This document shows, in pieces, positions 26,395 to 35,152 of a DNA stretch of 36,364 nt; within the stretch, counting starts at the first letter, position 1, and every line of letters starts with the position of its first letter. The stretch covers positions 1 through 36,364 of IMG/VR virus record IMGVR_UViG_3300025738_000175. One strand, written 5' to 3'. The position numbers and the translations under genes are program-made. A model generated the notes under the pieces. It was not told the DNA's origin, searched no databases, and worked only from the letters and a program-made list of their open reading frames with translations. The stretch is from a virus. Lineage: Duplodnaviria > Caudoviricetes.

Positions 26395-27044
26395 TGGCTG
26401 ACCTTGTCGAAAACCCGGTATATGAGACGGGGATCTACCAGATTGAAACCACAGATTCTGTTGTTGGGGGCCCGCCTGATCTGGCTACCAAGCAGGGTGT
26501 GACCAATATCCCTGCACAACAGCTTGGCAATCGCACGGCTTATCTTTTGGCTGAGTTACAAGCCTTGCAGACTGATCTGAGCAATATTGATGTGTCTGCC
26601 CAGATAAATGCGGCCATTTCTTCTTTGGTAAATGGCGCACCGGGGGCATTGGATACGTTGAACGAACTGGCTGCTGCCATTGGCGATAATGACAATGAGC
26701 TGGCTGCGTTGCTTGCGCAGATTGCCGCGCTGTCTTCGCAAGTGGCGGAGAACTCGATAAAGGCTTGGGTTAATTTTAACGGAACTGGTGTTGTCTCCAT
26801 CCGCGAGTCCTTCAACGTCTCGTCAGTGACAGATAATGGAACTGGTGATTATACCGTAAACTTTGCAACACCGATGGTCGATGCCAACTACGCTGCTATT
26901 GGCGGTATCTCATCGGTTGAGGTGAACTCTGATGACGTTAGATCGCAACCAGGTGGGCAGCTAGCGGGTAGTTTTAGGCTCATAACTGTAGCCGGTGCAA
27001 CTAAAGCGGATTCATCATACGTGCAACTAGCGTTTATAAGGTAG
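26394..27044 (+). CDS. Short tail fibre protein
   Basis: QQLGNRTAYL, LVNGAPGALDTLNELAAAIG, KAWVNFNG motifs. Confidence 0.8.
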   Translation: MADLVENPVYETGIYQIETTDSVVGGPPDLATKQGVTNIPAQQLGNRTAYLLAELQALQTDLSNIDVSAQINAAISSLVNGAPGALDTLNELAAAIGDNDNELAALLAQIAALSSQVAENSIKAWVNFNGTGVVSIRESFNVSSVTDNGTGDYTVNFATPMVDANYAAIGGISSVEVNSDDVRSQPGGQLAGSFRLITVAGATKADSSYVQLAFIR

Positions 27045-27048
27045 TAAA

Positions 27049-27264
27049 ATGGAAAAAAGAATAATTCATCCAAACGGCGTTGGTGGTGTAGCAGTAATCG
27101 AACCTGGGGATTGCGGGCTGACGGTAGAGGAAATCGCAGCAAAAGATGTTCCGTCTGGTGTGCCGTATAAGATTGTAAACGTGACGGACATTCCAATAGA
27201 TCGTGCCGCGCGTAATGCTTGGACTGTTGACGTTGATGATCTAACTGATGGGGTGGGCGCATGA
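27049..27264 (+). CDS. Tail fibre assembly-like small protein
   Basis: IAAKDVPSGVPYKIV...RNAWT; follows the fibre gene. Confidence 0.7.
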   Translation: MEKRIIHPNGVGGVAVIEPGDCGLTVEEIAAKDVPSGVPYKIVNVTDIPIDRAARNAWTVDVDDLTDGVGA

Positions 27265-27590
27265 TTATCAAAATCCCTGAGACGACCGCGATTAACCCGC
27301 TACATCGCAATTTGAACAAGGCAGAATTCATGGGGCTTCTGGCGGCATCTGAACTTGATGTCGCATGGGATGCGTTGCAAGCGGCAGTGAAGGGGGTAAA
27401 CACCCCAGAAGCCAAGGTGGTCCGTCGCCTTTTGGCCAAGAGCCGCGCGCAAGATGTCTTTCACTTGGATGCGACTTTGGCTCTTGTCGCGCAGTTCCGA
27501 GATCAGGCAGAGGCGATAGTGCCCGATCTGGATCTGTCGCCTGAGACTATCACCACAGAGTGGGAAGAAGCTGTCGGAGATGGGGGATGA
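27261..27590 (+). CDS. Hypothetical protein
   Basis: ATGA-coupled ORF. Confidence 0.65.
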   Translation: MIIKIPETTAINPLHRNLNKAEFMGLLAASELDVAWDALQAAVKGVNTPEAKVVRRLLAKSRAQDVFHLDATLALVAQFRDQAEAIVPDLDLSPETITTEWEEAVGDGG

Positions 27591-27783
27591 AATGCGTGAA
27601 GCGGTTCTTTCGACACGCCAAGCTGCGGTTAAGGCTGGATCAGCATTGTTAGGGGCAATTGTGGCTCTATGGGATCCGCGCAAGTAGTGGCATTCTGTAA
27701 CGCTGCCATGGCCAATAAAACACAACATATCCATGCCGTGCGGCTTTTGAAAAACGCGGACCCAGTTCCTCAAGATTATTCTG

Positions 27784-28164
27784 ATGACAGTTATTGGTTG
27801 CCAATTTAACCGAGGGGGGCGGCGTGGGTATGTCCTCGCTGCCCCCTTGTGTTGGAACATTGGGAAAAAACAGTCGGAATGGCTGCTTATTATTCCTGAG
27901 GGAACAGAGTTTGAAAGCTCAGTTCCGGCTTTGTTGCGCTGGGCTCTTTCGCCGGATGATCCCGCTTTTTTGAAAGCCGCTGTCATTCATGATTTTTTAC
28001 TTGAATCTGGTTTCAAGCGTGCGTTTGCAGATAGTCAGTGGCTTGAAGCTGCATTGAGCGAACAGGCCCCGCCATTCAAGGCAAGGATTGCGTACGTTGG
28101 GATGGTCGCGCGCAGGCAGCTGCGCGGGCTAAGGGGGGAACCGCCAGAGGAACCATTCCTGTGA
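27784..28164 (+). CDS. DUF1353-like protein
   Basis: IPEGTEFESSVP...AAVIHDFL. Confidence 0.7.
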   Translation: MTVIGCQFNRGGRRGYVLAAPLCWNIGKKQSEWLLIIPEGTEFESSVPALLRWALSPDDPAFLKAAVIHDFLLESGFKRAFADSQWLEAALSEQAPPFKARIAYVGMVARRQLRGLRGEPPEEPFL

Positions 28165-28176
28165 AACTGGAATGAT
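28135..28176 (+). promoter_or_regulatory. Late-promoter motif copy 5 (sheath/tube)
   Basis: GGGGAACCGCCAGAGGA 28135-28151; AATGAT at 28171-28176. Confidence 0.75.
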
Positions 28177-28208
28177 TGCCTAAATCGCAATTTTTAAATG
28201 AGGTCAGC

Positions 28209-29396
28209 ATGCCAGCAAGCTTTCTCCATGGGGTCGAAGTCGTTGAAATTGATGCGGGTCCCCGTTCAATCGCAACTGTAAAATCCGGCGTGATCGGCAT
28301 CGTTGGCACTGCGCCCGATGCAGACGCAGCGGCGTTCCCCCTCAATACTCCCGTTATTGTCGCAGGTTCGCGCCGTGAAGCCGCAAAGCTGGATACCGTA
28401 GGCGACAGTAACGGCACCCTGCCATCGGCCCTTGATGGGATCTTTGATCAAATCGGTGCGCTGGTTATCGTTGTGCGCGTTGAACACGAAGCTCTTGAGG
28501 CCGATATGCTTGCCAATGTGATTGGCGGCGTGAATGCCACGACTGGTGATTTTGAGGGTGTTCACGCCCTTGCTGGGGCTGAAAGCGTTGTCGGGTTTTC
28601 CCCGCGGCTGCTGATTGCGCCGGGCTTCACACATCAACGGCCATCAAGCTTGGCAAATCCTGTCGTTGCAGAACTGGAGGGCATCGCCGACCGGTTGCGC
28701 GCCCAAGTCATCATCGATGGCCCAAACACTACCGATGCAGATGCATATACCGCTGCAGGGGATTTTGGATCTGCGCGTATTTACCTCGCAGATCCTTGGC
28801 ATAAGGCTATGGTTGGCAGCAACATTGTTGATGTGCCGCCATCATCCCGGATTGCGGGGCTGTTTGCAAAGATAGACAACGAAGTCGGATTCTGGGCGTC
28901 GCCCTCAAATCACAATATCGCGGGCATCATTGGCACGACGCGTGCTGTCGATTTCCGCCTTGGTGACGAAAACAGCCGTGCGAACTTGCTGAATGAACAG
29001 AAAGTTGCAACGACAATTCGCCAAAATGGTTTCCGCCTTTGGGGGAACCGCACCCTCACGGCAGATCCCAAGTGGGTTTTCGTGAATGTTCGGCGCACAG
29101 CTGACATCATCAATGACAGCCTTTTGCGTGCCCATTTATGGGCTGTGGATCGCGGTATCACAAAAACCTACGTCGACGACGTAACCGAAAGCGTGAACGC
29201 CTACCTGCGTGACCTGACAGCATTGGGCGCAATCCTTGGCGGCGAATGCTGGCCTGATCCTGACCTGAATTCTGCAGCAAATATTGCGCAGGGTAAGGTG
29301 TTCTTTAACTTCAAATTCACACCGGTTTATGTGGCTGAACATATCACGTTTCAGTCGCATCTTGTGAATGATTACATCGAAGAGGTATTTGTCTGA
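28209..29396 (+). CDS. Tail sheath protein (P2 FI-like)
   Basis: FLHGVEVVEI...FWASPSN...GFRLWGNRT; GAGG RBS. Confidence 0.95.
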   Translation: MPASFLHGVEVVEIDAGPRSIATVKSGVIGIVGTAPDADAAAFPLNTPVIVAGSRREAAKLDTVGDSNGTLPSALDGIFDQIGALVIVVRVEHEALEADMLANVIGGVNATTGDFEGVHALAGAESVVGFSPRLLIAPGFTHQRPSSLANPVVAELEGIADRLRAQVIIDGPNTTDADAYTAAGDFGSARIYLADPWHKAMVGSNIVDVPPSSRIAGLFAKIDNEVGFWASPSNHNIAGIIGTTRAVDFRLGDENSRANLLNEQKVATTIRQNGFRLWGNRTLTADPKWVFVNVRRTADIINDSLLRAHLWAVDRGITKTYVDDVTESVNAYLRDLTALGAILGGECWPDPDLNSAANIAQGKVFFNFKFTPVYVAEHITFQSHLVNDYIEEVFV

Positions 29397-29902
29397 TGGC
29401 TGCCGAAGATATCCTGAAATATCTAAATCTTACCGTTGATGGTCGCGGGTATGCTGGCAAGATTGAAGAATACAATCCACCAGACTTGACCCTATCCACG
29501 GAAGAGTTCCGTGGAGGTGGTATGGATGCCCCTGTTGATCTCGATATGGGCATGGAAAAGCTGACCTGTTCCTTTGTCATCACCTCATATGACGCCAACG
29601 TTTTGGCCTTGTTTGGTGTGAAAAAAGGGTCAGGCGTTCAGTTGACTGCGCGCGGTTCTCTTGAAAGCTTGGACGGCACAACAACCCCGGTCATTCACAA
29701 CATGCACGGCAAGCTTATCTCTGTTGCGCGTGGGACTTGGGGATCTGGGAAAAAGCCATCTCTGACAATCACTCAATCGCTTCGTTACTACCGGGAACAG
29801 CATGGTAGCCGCACGATTTGTGAAATTGACCCAATCAACATGATGCGGGTGATTGATGGTGTCGATCAGCTTGACGAACATCGCGCAAACATTGGCATTT
29901 AA
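29396..29902 (+). CDS. Tail tube protein (P2 FII-like)
   Basis: EEFRGGGMDAPVDLDMG...IDGVDQL. Confidence 0.93.
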   Translation: MAAEDILKYLNLTVDGRGYAGKIEEYNPPDLTLSTEEFRGGGMDAPVDLDMGMEKLTCSFVITSYDANVLALFGVKKGSGVQLTARGSLESLDGTTTPVIHNMHGKLISVARGTWGSGKKPSLTITQSLRYYREQHGSRTICEIDPINMMRVIDGVDQLDEHRANIGI

Positions 29903-29913
29903 GGGCAGATCAA

Positions 29914-30186
29914 ATGAATGATTTTATTGAAGACATGCCAGACGGCACCAAAAAGGTGAAGTTTGATGACAAGCCCGTAATGGTTGCAGGCACAGAAGTT
30001 AAGTCCATCGTGATGCGTGAACCGACAGTTGATGATCAGATAGCGGTTGATCACGTGCCATCGCCAGCCAAGAAAGAAATCGCAATCTTGGCAAACCTTT
30101 GTGAAGTGTCGCCCGAAGACATTGGAACAATGAAGATGGTTCAATATGGCCGCCTGCAGTTTGCTTACCAGGCTTTTATGGGCTGA
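29914..30186 (+). CDS. Tail assembly chaperone (gpE-like)
   Basis: MREPTVDD...ANLCEVSPEDI; between tube and tape measure. Confidence 0.85.
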   Translation: MNDFIEDMPDGTKKVKFDDKPVMVAGTEVKSIVMREPTVDDQIAVDHVPSPAKKEIAILANLCEVSPEDIGTMKMVQYGRLQFAYQAFMG

Positions 30187-30383
30187 CTGACGTAACTGTC
30201 GGTCAAGTTATTGACGACTTGGGCAATCCAATTGGTCAGAGATTGGAGATTGCAGCGGATGAATTACGCACCCCCATTCTGCGCCTAGCCCAGTTTACGG
30301 GCTGGGGCCTCTCTCAAATTGGAGCGATGTCCCTTAGTCGCTTCATCTGGTGGTTAGAAGGGCTTCCCAAAGATGGCAAGTAA
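30174..30383 (+). CDS. Chaperone -1 frameshift extension (gpE'-like)
   Basis: -1 frame open from GGCTTTT (30171-30177) to TAA 30383; LAQFTGWGLSQIGAMSLSRFIWW. Confidence 0.7.
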   Translation, partial: FYGLTDVTVGQVIDDLGNPIGQRLEIAADELRTPILRLAQFTGWGLSQIGAMSLSRFIWWLEGLPKDGK

Positions 30384-32733
30384 TCAACGCTTAAGTTCAA
30401 CCATTACAATCGGATCTGTTCTTGAACAGTCTGTAAAAAAGAACGTGGGGTTCCTGAAAACGGGACTTCACCAAATTGGCGATGAAATCAAAGGCGTAGA
30501 ACGCCGTCAGCGTGAACTTGGCAAACAACGGCAGGTCTTGATCAAACAAGGCCGGTCTGTTGAAGATCTCGATCGCGAATATGAAGACTTAAATCGCACC
30601 ATGGCGCGCTTGCGACGTACGCAAGAGCGATGGAACCGAACCGCTGCAGCTTCACGTCGGGTTGGCGCGTCTTTTTCGTCCATGATGACAAATATTGGGC
30701 GATCTTCGCGCACGGTCGCTGTTGGCGTTGGTTTGGCAGGCGGTGCTGTCTTTGGTCTGGCATCGTCCACGGCGCAGCTGGGTGATGATGTCGCTAAAAC
30801 TGCTGACAAGCTTGGTATTCAAATCGGTGCATTGCAAGAGTTGCGATATGCTGCAGAGCGTTCAGGTGTCAGCACCGGCGCCTTTGATCAATCCTTGGAA
30901 AAGATGCTGAAAAACTTAGGTGAGGCATCAACCGGCACCGGGGCAGCCAAGGACGCGCTGGATGATCTGGGCCTATCTGCGGAAGATCTGATTGCTCTGT
31001 CACCAGCTGAAGCCTTGGAAGTTATTGCCGATCGCATGCAGGGGGTTGGAACGCAGGCGGAAAAAGCGGCCATCGCAAACGACATCTTTGGGCGTTCCGG
31101 CATCGGGATGCTCAATATGTTGCGGGATGGCTCTGATGGGTTGCGCACGCTGCGTGAAGACGCCCGACGCACGGGCTATGTCCTCTCAGAAGAAGCGGCC
31201 AGAGATGCAGAAGTGTTTCAGGATGTTCTCTTAGATACACAGCTGACAATGAAGGGCCTGAAGAACACAGTGGGCGCAGAGCTTATGCCTGTTGTCACAG
31301 ATGCAAAGAAGCGTGTGGGTGATGCGTTGGTTGGAAACCGGGAACAGGTCAAGGCTTGGGCCAGTTCGTTCGCGGACGGGGTTGAACGTGCATTGCCGGT
31401 CGTTGGCGAAATCGCCATCGGTATTGGCAAGGTTGCCTCAATGACTGGGCGAGTAATTAAAACCACTGCCGATATGGTAGGGGGCTGGGAAAACTTTGGA
31501 ATCGTGATCGGTGCTGTATTGGCATCGCGCACAGTTATCAGTGTGATTAAGTTTGGTGGTGCTGTTTTCAGCTTAGGACGGGCAATGCTTTCGTTGGCTG
31601 GTGCCACACCGCTTGTCGTTGGTGGGATACGTGCGATTGGAACAGCCTTGCTGTTAAACCCGATCGGCTTGGCCATTGCTGCAATCGCGGGGGGTGCATA
31701 TTTGATTTATAAGAACTGGGACGCGGTAGGTCCTTGGTTCAAAGATTTGTGGGGGAACGTCAAAGGGTACTTTGGCGGTCTGTCAAACTTTGTTGGCGGT
31801 GTTTTTTCTGGTGACATGGATCGCGCGCTTGGTGGTCTGAAAGATGCTTGGGGCGGCTTTTCCGCTTTCTGGTCTGGGATCTTTAATGGTGTCGGTAAGG
31901 TCATGACTTGGGTGTATGAGAGTGCAATTAAGCCCGTGACCGATGCACTGGGCATAACTGAGCCAATAGAACAAGCATGGGCCTCTGCAAAGAAAACCGT
32001 TGGCGCGCTGTTTGAAGCTGTTGGAAGCGTATTTGGCAACACATATGACAACCTAATCGCCCCGGCAATTGATGGCATGTCTTCGGTTGGCAGCATTGGT
32101 GATGCGTGGGATGCGGTGAAAACCAGCATGCAACCAATTCTGGATTGGATCGGGCAAAAGTTTGAATGGGTTGGTGGGCTTATTTCACCAGTTATCGACG
32201 CGTTGAAGTGGGGGCTAGAATACGGGGCCGCTGCTGCGAATGCGCTGGGCTTTGGTGGGGCTGACAGCGGCGACGCAAGCGAAGCACCACAACCCCGCCA
32301 ATACGTTCGCAATGGATCACCGCAGTTGGTGCCGCCTGTGCAGAAAAGGGCGCTAGGTGGGTCATTCCTGCCTGGGTTGGTTCTCTCTGGCGAAAATGGA
32401 CCGGAATTGAAGTTTGAAAACCGCTCTGGGTACGTTGCCAACAACCGCGCCATGCGACAGTTGGCGGATTACGCGGCTAAGGCTGGCGAATTAACCCCGT
32501 CTGGGCGGTCTGGCGGTCTTTCTGGGCGTATGGCTGCTGCACTAGGAGGTAGCGGTGTCAGCGCGCAGGTTGCGCAGTCACGCGAAGCCGTAACGCAGAA
32601 CGTCACAAACCATTTCCATGCAAGCGGTGTCAGTGCTGAAGAACTGCTGAATTTGGCGGAACGCAAGCAGCGCCAGCAATCGCAGGGCGGTTTGTATGAC
32701 CGTGGAACACAGCTTGGCGCATTTGGAGGGTAA
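30373..32733 (+). CDS. Tape measure protein
   Basis: 786 aa, Ala/Gly-rich helical, NPIGLAIAAIA segment and Trp-periodic repeats. Confidence 0.92.
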   Translation: MASNQRLSSTITIGSVLEQSVKKNVGFLKTGLHQIGDEIKGVERRQRELGKQRQVLIKQGRSVEDLDREYEDLNRTMARLRRTQERWNRTAAASRRVGASFSSMMTNIGRSSRTVAVGVGLAGGAVFGLASSTAQLGDDVAKTADKLGIQIGALQELRYAAERSGVSTGAFDQSLEKMLKNLGEASTGTGAAKDALDDLGLSAEDLIALSPAEALEVIADRMQGVGTQAEKAAIANDIFGRSGIGMLNMLRDGSDGLRTLREDARRTGYVLSEEAARDAEVFQDVLLDTQLTMKGLKNTVGAELMPVVTDAKKRVGDALVGNREQVKAWASSFADGVERALPVVGEIAIGIGKVASMTGRVIKTTADMVGGWENFGIVIGAVLASRTVISVIKFGGAVFSLGRAMLSLAGATPLVVGGIRAIGTALLLNPIGLAIAAIAGGAYLIYKNWDAVGPWFKDLWGNVKGYFGGLSNFVGGVFSGDMDRALGGLKDAWGGFSAFWSGIFNGVGKVMTWVYESAIKPVTDALGITEPIEQAWASAKKTVGALFEAVGSVFGNTYDNLIAPAIDGMSSVGSIGDAWDAVKTSMQPILDWIGQKFEWVGGLISPVIDALKWGLEYGAAAANALGFGGADSGDASEAPQPRQYVRNGSPQLVPPVQKRALGGSFLPGLVLSGENGPELKFENRSGYVANNRAMRQLADYAAKAGELTPSGRSGGLSGRMAAALGGSGVSAQVAQSREAVTQNVTNHFHASGVSAEELLNLAERKQRQQSQGGLYDRGTQLGAFGG

Positions 32734-32736
32734 GAA

Positions 32737-33147
32737 ATGGCAGAGGTAATGATGCAGATCGGCATCCTGCAATTCTCGATCGACAGTGCCGCATATCAAA
32801 GCCTAAGCCGATCGACCGAATATCGTTGGGCCCGTCAGGCACGGCTGGGGGCACATGACGCTCTGCAGTTCACCGGATATGGCGCAGATACGATCGAACT
32901 GGAAGGCGTTATTTATCCGCAATTTCTGGGTGGTCTTAAACAGATTGATAAGATGCGAAGCCAGGCGAGTATTGGCGTGCCGCTGCCTTTGGTCTCAGGT
33001 GTGGGAAAGGTGCTTGGGCTGTGGGTGATTGAGGCGATCACAGAAGGCCAGAAGGTATTCGCAAAGCGCGGCGTACCGATGAAACAAGAATTCACAATGA
33101 GGGTGGCGCGTTATGACGGCGGGTACAGATCAATTCTACGTTTCTAG
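32737..33147 (+). CDS. Tail protein (P2 gpU-like)
   Basis: AYQSLSRSTEYRW...QFTGYGADTIELEGVIYP. Confidence 0.9.
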   Translation: MAEVMMQIGILQFSIDSAAYQSLSRSTEYRWARQARLGAHDALQFTGYGADTIELEGVIYPQFLGGLKQIDKMRSQASIGVPLPLVSGVGKVLGLWVIEAITEGQKVFAKRGVPMKQEFTMRVARYDGGYRSILRF

Positions 33148-33337
33148 AGATGGGGACGTATTGGATGAAATAGTCCATCTGCACTATGGCAACCGCGCGC
33201 GGGGACAAGTGGAAGAGGTTCTGGCGCAAAATCCCGGCCTAGCCGGGAAAGGTGGGGTATTGTCCGCTGGTGTGAAAATATTGCTGCCTGCGGGTTCACT
33301 GGTCGTTGAAACCGAAGAGGTGCAGCTGTGGGGTTGA
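33113..33337 (+). CDS. Tail protein X (P2 gpX-like)
   Basis: GDVLDEIVHLHYG...NPGLA...VQLWG. Confidence 0.88.
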   Translation: MTAGTDQFYVSRDGDVLDEIVHLHYGNRARGQVEEVLAQNPGLAGKGGVLSAGVKILLPAGSLVVETEEVQLWG

Positions 33338-34332
33338 TAGATTTCAAGCCACTTGTACGCGTAACAGTGAACGGCACAGATTTAACCGATCGGGCTTTTG
33401 CGCTTATAACATCTGTCACGATTACGGATGCAGCCGGAATGGTTTCAGACACGGCAGAGATTACGTTTTCAAACGTTTCATTTTTTGGAGCCGCTGCAAT
33501 GCCCAATGTGGGCGCTGAAGTTGAAATTTCTCTCGGTTACTTTTTGAAATTCCGAAAGATGGGACTTTTCATTGTGGATGAGGTCGAAGAGGCCGATCCA
33601 CCACGGGCAATAACTCTGGTTTGCCGCGCAAAAATCCAAGGTGTCTCCGATGGTGGGAGAAGCCCAATCACACAACAGAAGTCGCGGTCTTGGCCCAACA
33701 TGACGCTGGGCGAGATTGTGCAGACGATTGCGGGCGACAACGGCTTGAAACCTGCGATCACTGAAGTTGTGAGCCAATTACAACCGGGCCATCTCGATCA
33801 GATAGACGAATCTGACATCTCATTCTTGACGCGTATAGCCGTTGCACGCGATTTGATTGCAAAACCTGCGGGTGGTTATTTGTTTGTTGGGCGGCGAGGG
33901 GATGCAATCAACGCCTCCGGCCAAGAAATGCCTAACACCGTATTGTTCAGAGATGACGTGACGCGCTGGGCGATGCGTCGAAGCCTTGGCGAGACGGTAG
34001 GCACAGTGATTGCAACCTTCCGTGATCTTGAGCAGGGCCGGGATGAAGAGGTGAAGGCTGGCGAGGGGGAACCTGTGCGCCGGTTGCGCCCAAGGTATCG
34101 CGATGAGAGTGAAGCGCGCAGCGTGGCCGATGCTGAAGCTAGGCGGGCAGGGCGCTCGGTTGAAACTCTAAGCGTTTCCATGCCGGGGAACCCTGCAGTC
34201 ATCGCTGAAAGTAAGGTTGTTCCTATGGATTTCAGTTCTGCAAGTGTTGGCGCGTGGGTGGTGGAAAGTGTCACCCACTCAGTCACGCGTGAAGGTTACA
34301 AAACCACATTTTCAGCAGAACGGCCTGAATAG
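33328..34332 (+). CDS. Baseplate hub (P2 gpD-like)
   Basis: HLDQIDESDISFLTRIA; end of tail operon. Confidence 0.88.
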   Translation: MGLIDFKPLVRVTVNGTDLTDRAFALITSVTITDAAGMVSDTAEITFSNVSFFGAAAMPNVGAEVEISLGYFLKFRKMGLFIVDEVEEADPPRAITLVCRAKIQGVSDGGRSPITQQKSRSWPNMTLGEIVQTIAGDNGLKPAITEVVSQLQPGHLDQIDESDISFLTRIAVARDLIAKPAGGYLFVGRRGDAINASGQEMPNTVLFRDDVTRWAMRRSLGETVGTVIATFRDLEQGRDEEVKAGEGEPVRRLRPRYRDESEARSVADAEARRAGRSVETLSVSMPGNPAVIAESKVVPMDFSSASVGAWVVESVTHSVTREGYKTTFSAERPE

Positions 34333-34402
34333 ATAAAGCTCAAAGAAACCCTTCTACTTTGATGCAATCTGATCGGCCACTTTCACGGGAGTTGGTGGTG
34401 TG

Positions 34403-34564
34403 TCAGCCATCTTTAGGAGGCGTTTTTTTCGTTTCAGATACAAAAACCGGGAACAGCAGCGCTGCGCCAATTAATAGTGAAATTTTTGCGAACCAAATTC
34501 CAGCGCTAACCGTTATAATTATGACAATTAGGATCAAAGAGCATTTTAAAGACTTTTCTTTCAT
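34403..34564 (-). CDS. Small membrane protein (53 aa, absent from the ORF track)
   Basis: MKEKSLKCSLILIVIIITVSAGIWFAKISLLIGAALLFPVFVSETKKTPPKDG; starts 12 bp after the upstream gene's stop. Confidence 0.45.
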   Translation of the reverse strand: MKEKSLKCSLILIVIIITVSAGIWFAKISLLIGAALLFPVFVSETKKTPPKDG

Positions 34565-34576
34565 ACTTCTTGTACT

Positions 34577-34804
34577 TTATTGTTTAGGATCTTCCGGTTT
34601 ATTTGCCAAAGAGACAAAGATGATCATCAGAGCTATCGGCCACCAAACCCAAATAAATATTGTTCCGGTTAGTTGATATTTAGAGTCCATAAAAAAATCA
34701 GGCGCATGGTATTTCATATAATAAAGTAAGAACCATAGTAGTGATGGCCAAAGAAAGAATTGCGCTAATCCGCTAATTTTTTTCAAATTCAAACCTTCCC
34801 TCAC
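34577..34804 (-). CDS. Small two-TM membrane protein (moron)
   Basis: Two hydrophobic aromatic-rich segments; A/T-rich DNA. Confidence 0.6.
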   Translation of the reverse strand: MREGLNLKKISGLAQFFLWPSLLWFLLYYMKYHAPDFFMDSKYQLTGTIFIWVWWPIALMIIFVSLANKPEDPKQ

Positions 34805-34879
34805 ATACAGTTCTTAGGCTCATCGTCTTTCAATGTAAGCATCAACGCTGGGGCTAATCAAGAAGGCTTACCTGAATAG

Positions 34880-34921
34880 GGGGAACCGCCAGAGGATCAA
34901 ACCTCTGGACTGGATATCTAT
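34880..34921 (+). promoter_or_regulatory. Late-promoter motif copy 6
   Basis: GGGGAACCGCCAGAGGA 34880-34896; ATCTAT at 34916-34921. Confidence 0.7.
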
Positions 34922-34945
34922 AGGGGAACAAAGCAAGGACGCAGA

Positions 34946-35149
34946 ATGCAGGTTGAGATGAAAGACATGCTGACATGGGGCGCAATGTTGGCCGCATTAG
35001 CTAGCGCCTTCTTCCATCTGAGAGGACGTGTCGCAGTTATCGAAGCGTTACAAAAGCGTGACCGCGAAGCCGTGAAAGATGGGTTTAAAGATATCAAAGA
35101 GGGCTTGCAGCGGATTGAAGACAAGCTGGATGGTAAGGCGGACAAATAA
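34946..35149 (+). CDS. Small single-TM coiled-coil protein (holin-like)
   Basis: AAGGA RBS; N-terminal TM then ...LQRIEDKLDGKADK. Confidence 0.7.
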   Translation: MQVEMKDMLTWGAMLAALASAFFHLRGRVAVIEALQKRDREAVKDGFKDIKEGLQRIEDKLDGKADK

Positions 35150-35152
35150 AGT

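Noticed and set aside
26394-27590. Invertible tail-fibre cassette
   Set aside because: No invertase, inverted fibre copy or flanking inverted repeats seen
34359-34676. Plus-strand 105-aa ORF
   Set aside because: Antisense to two more plausible membrane-protein ORFs, with no RBS evident
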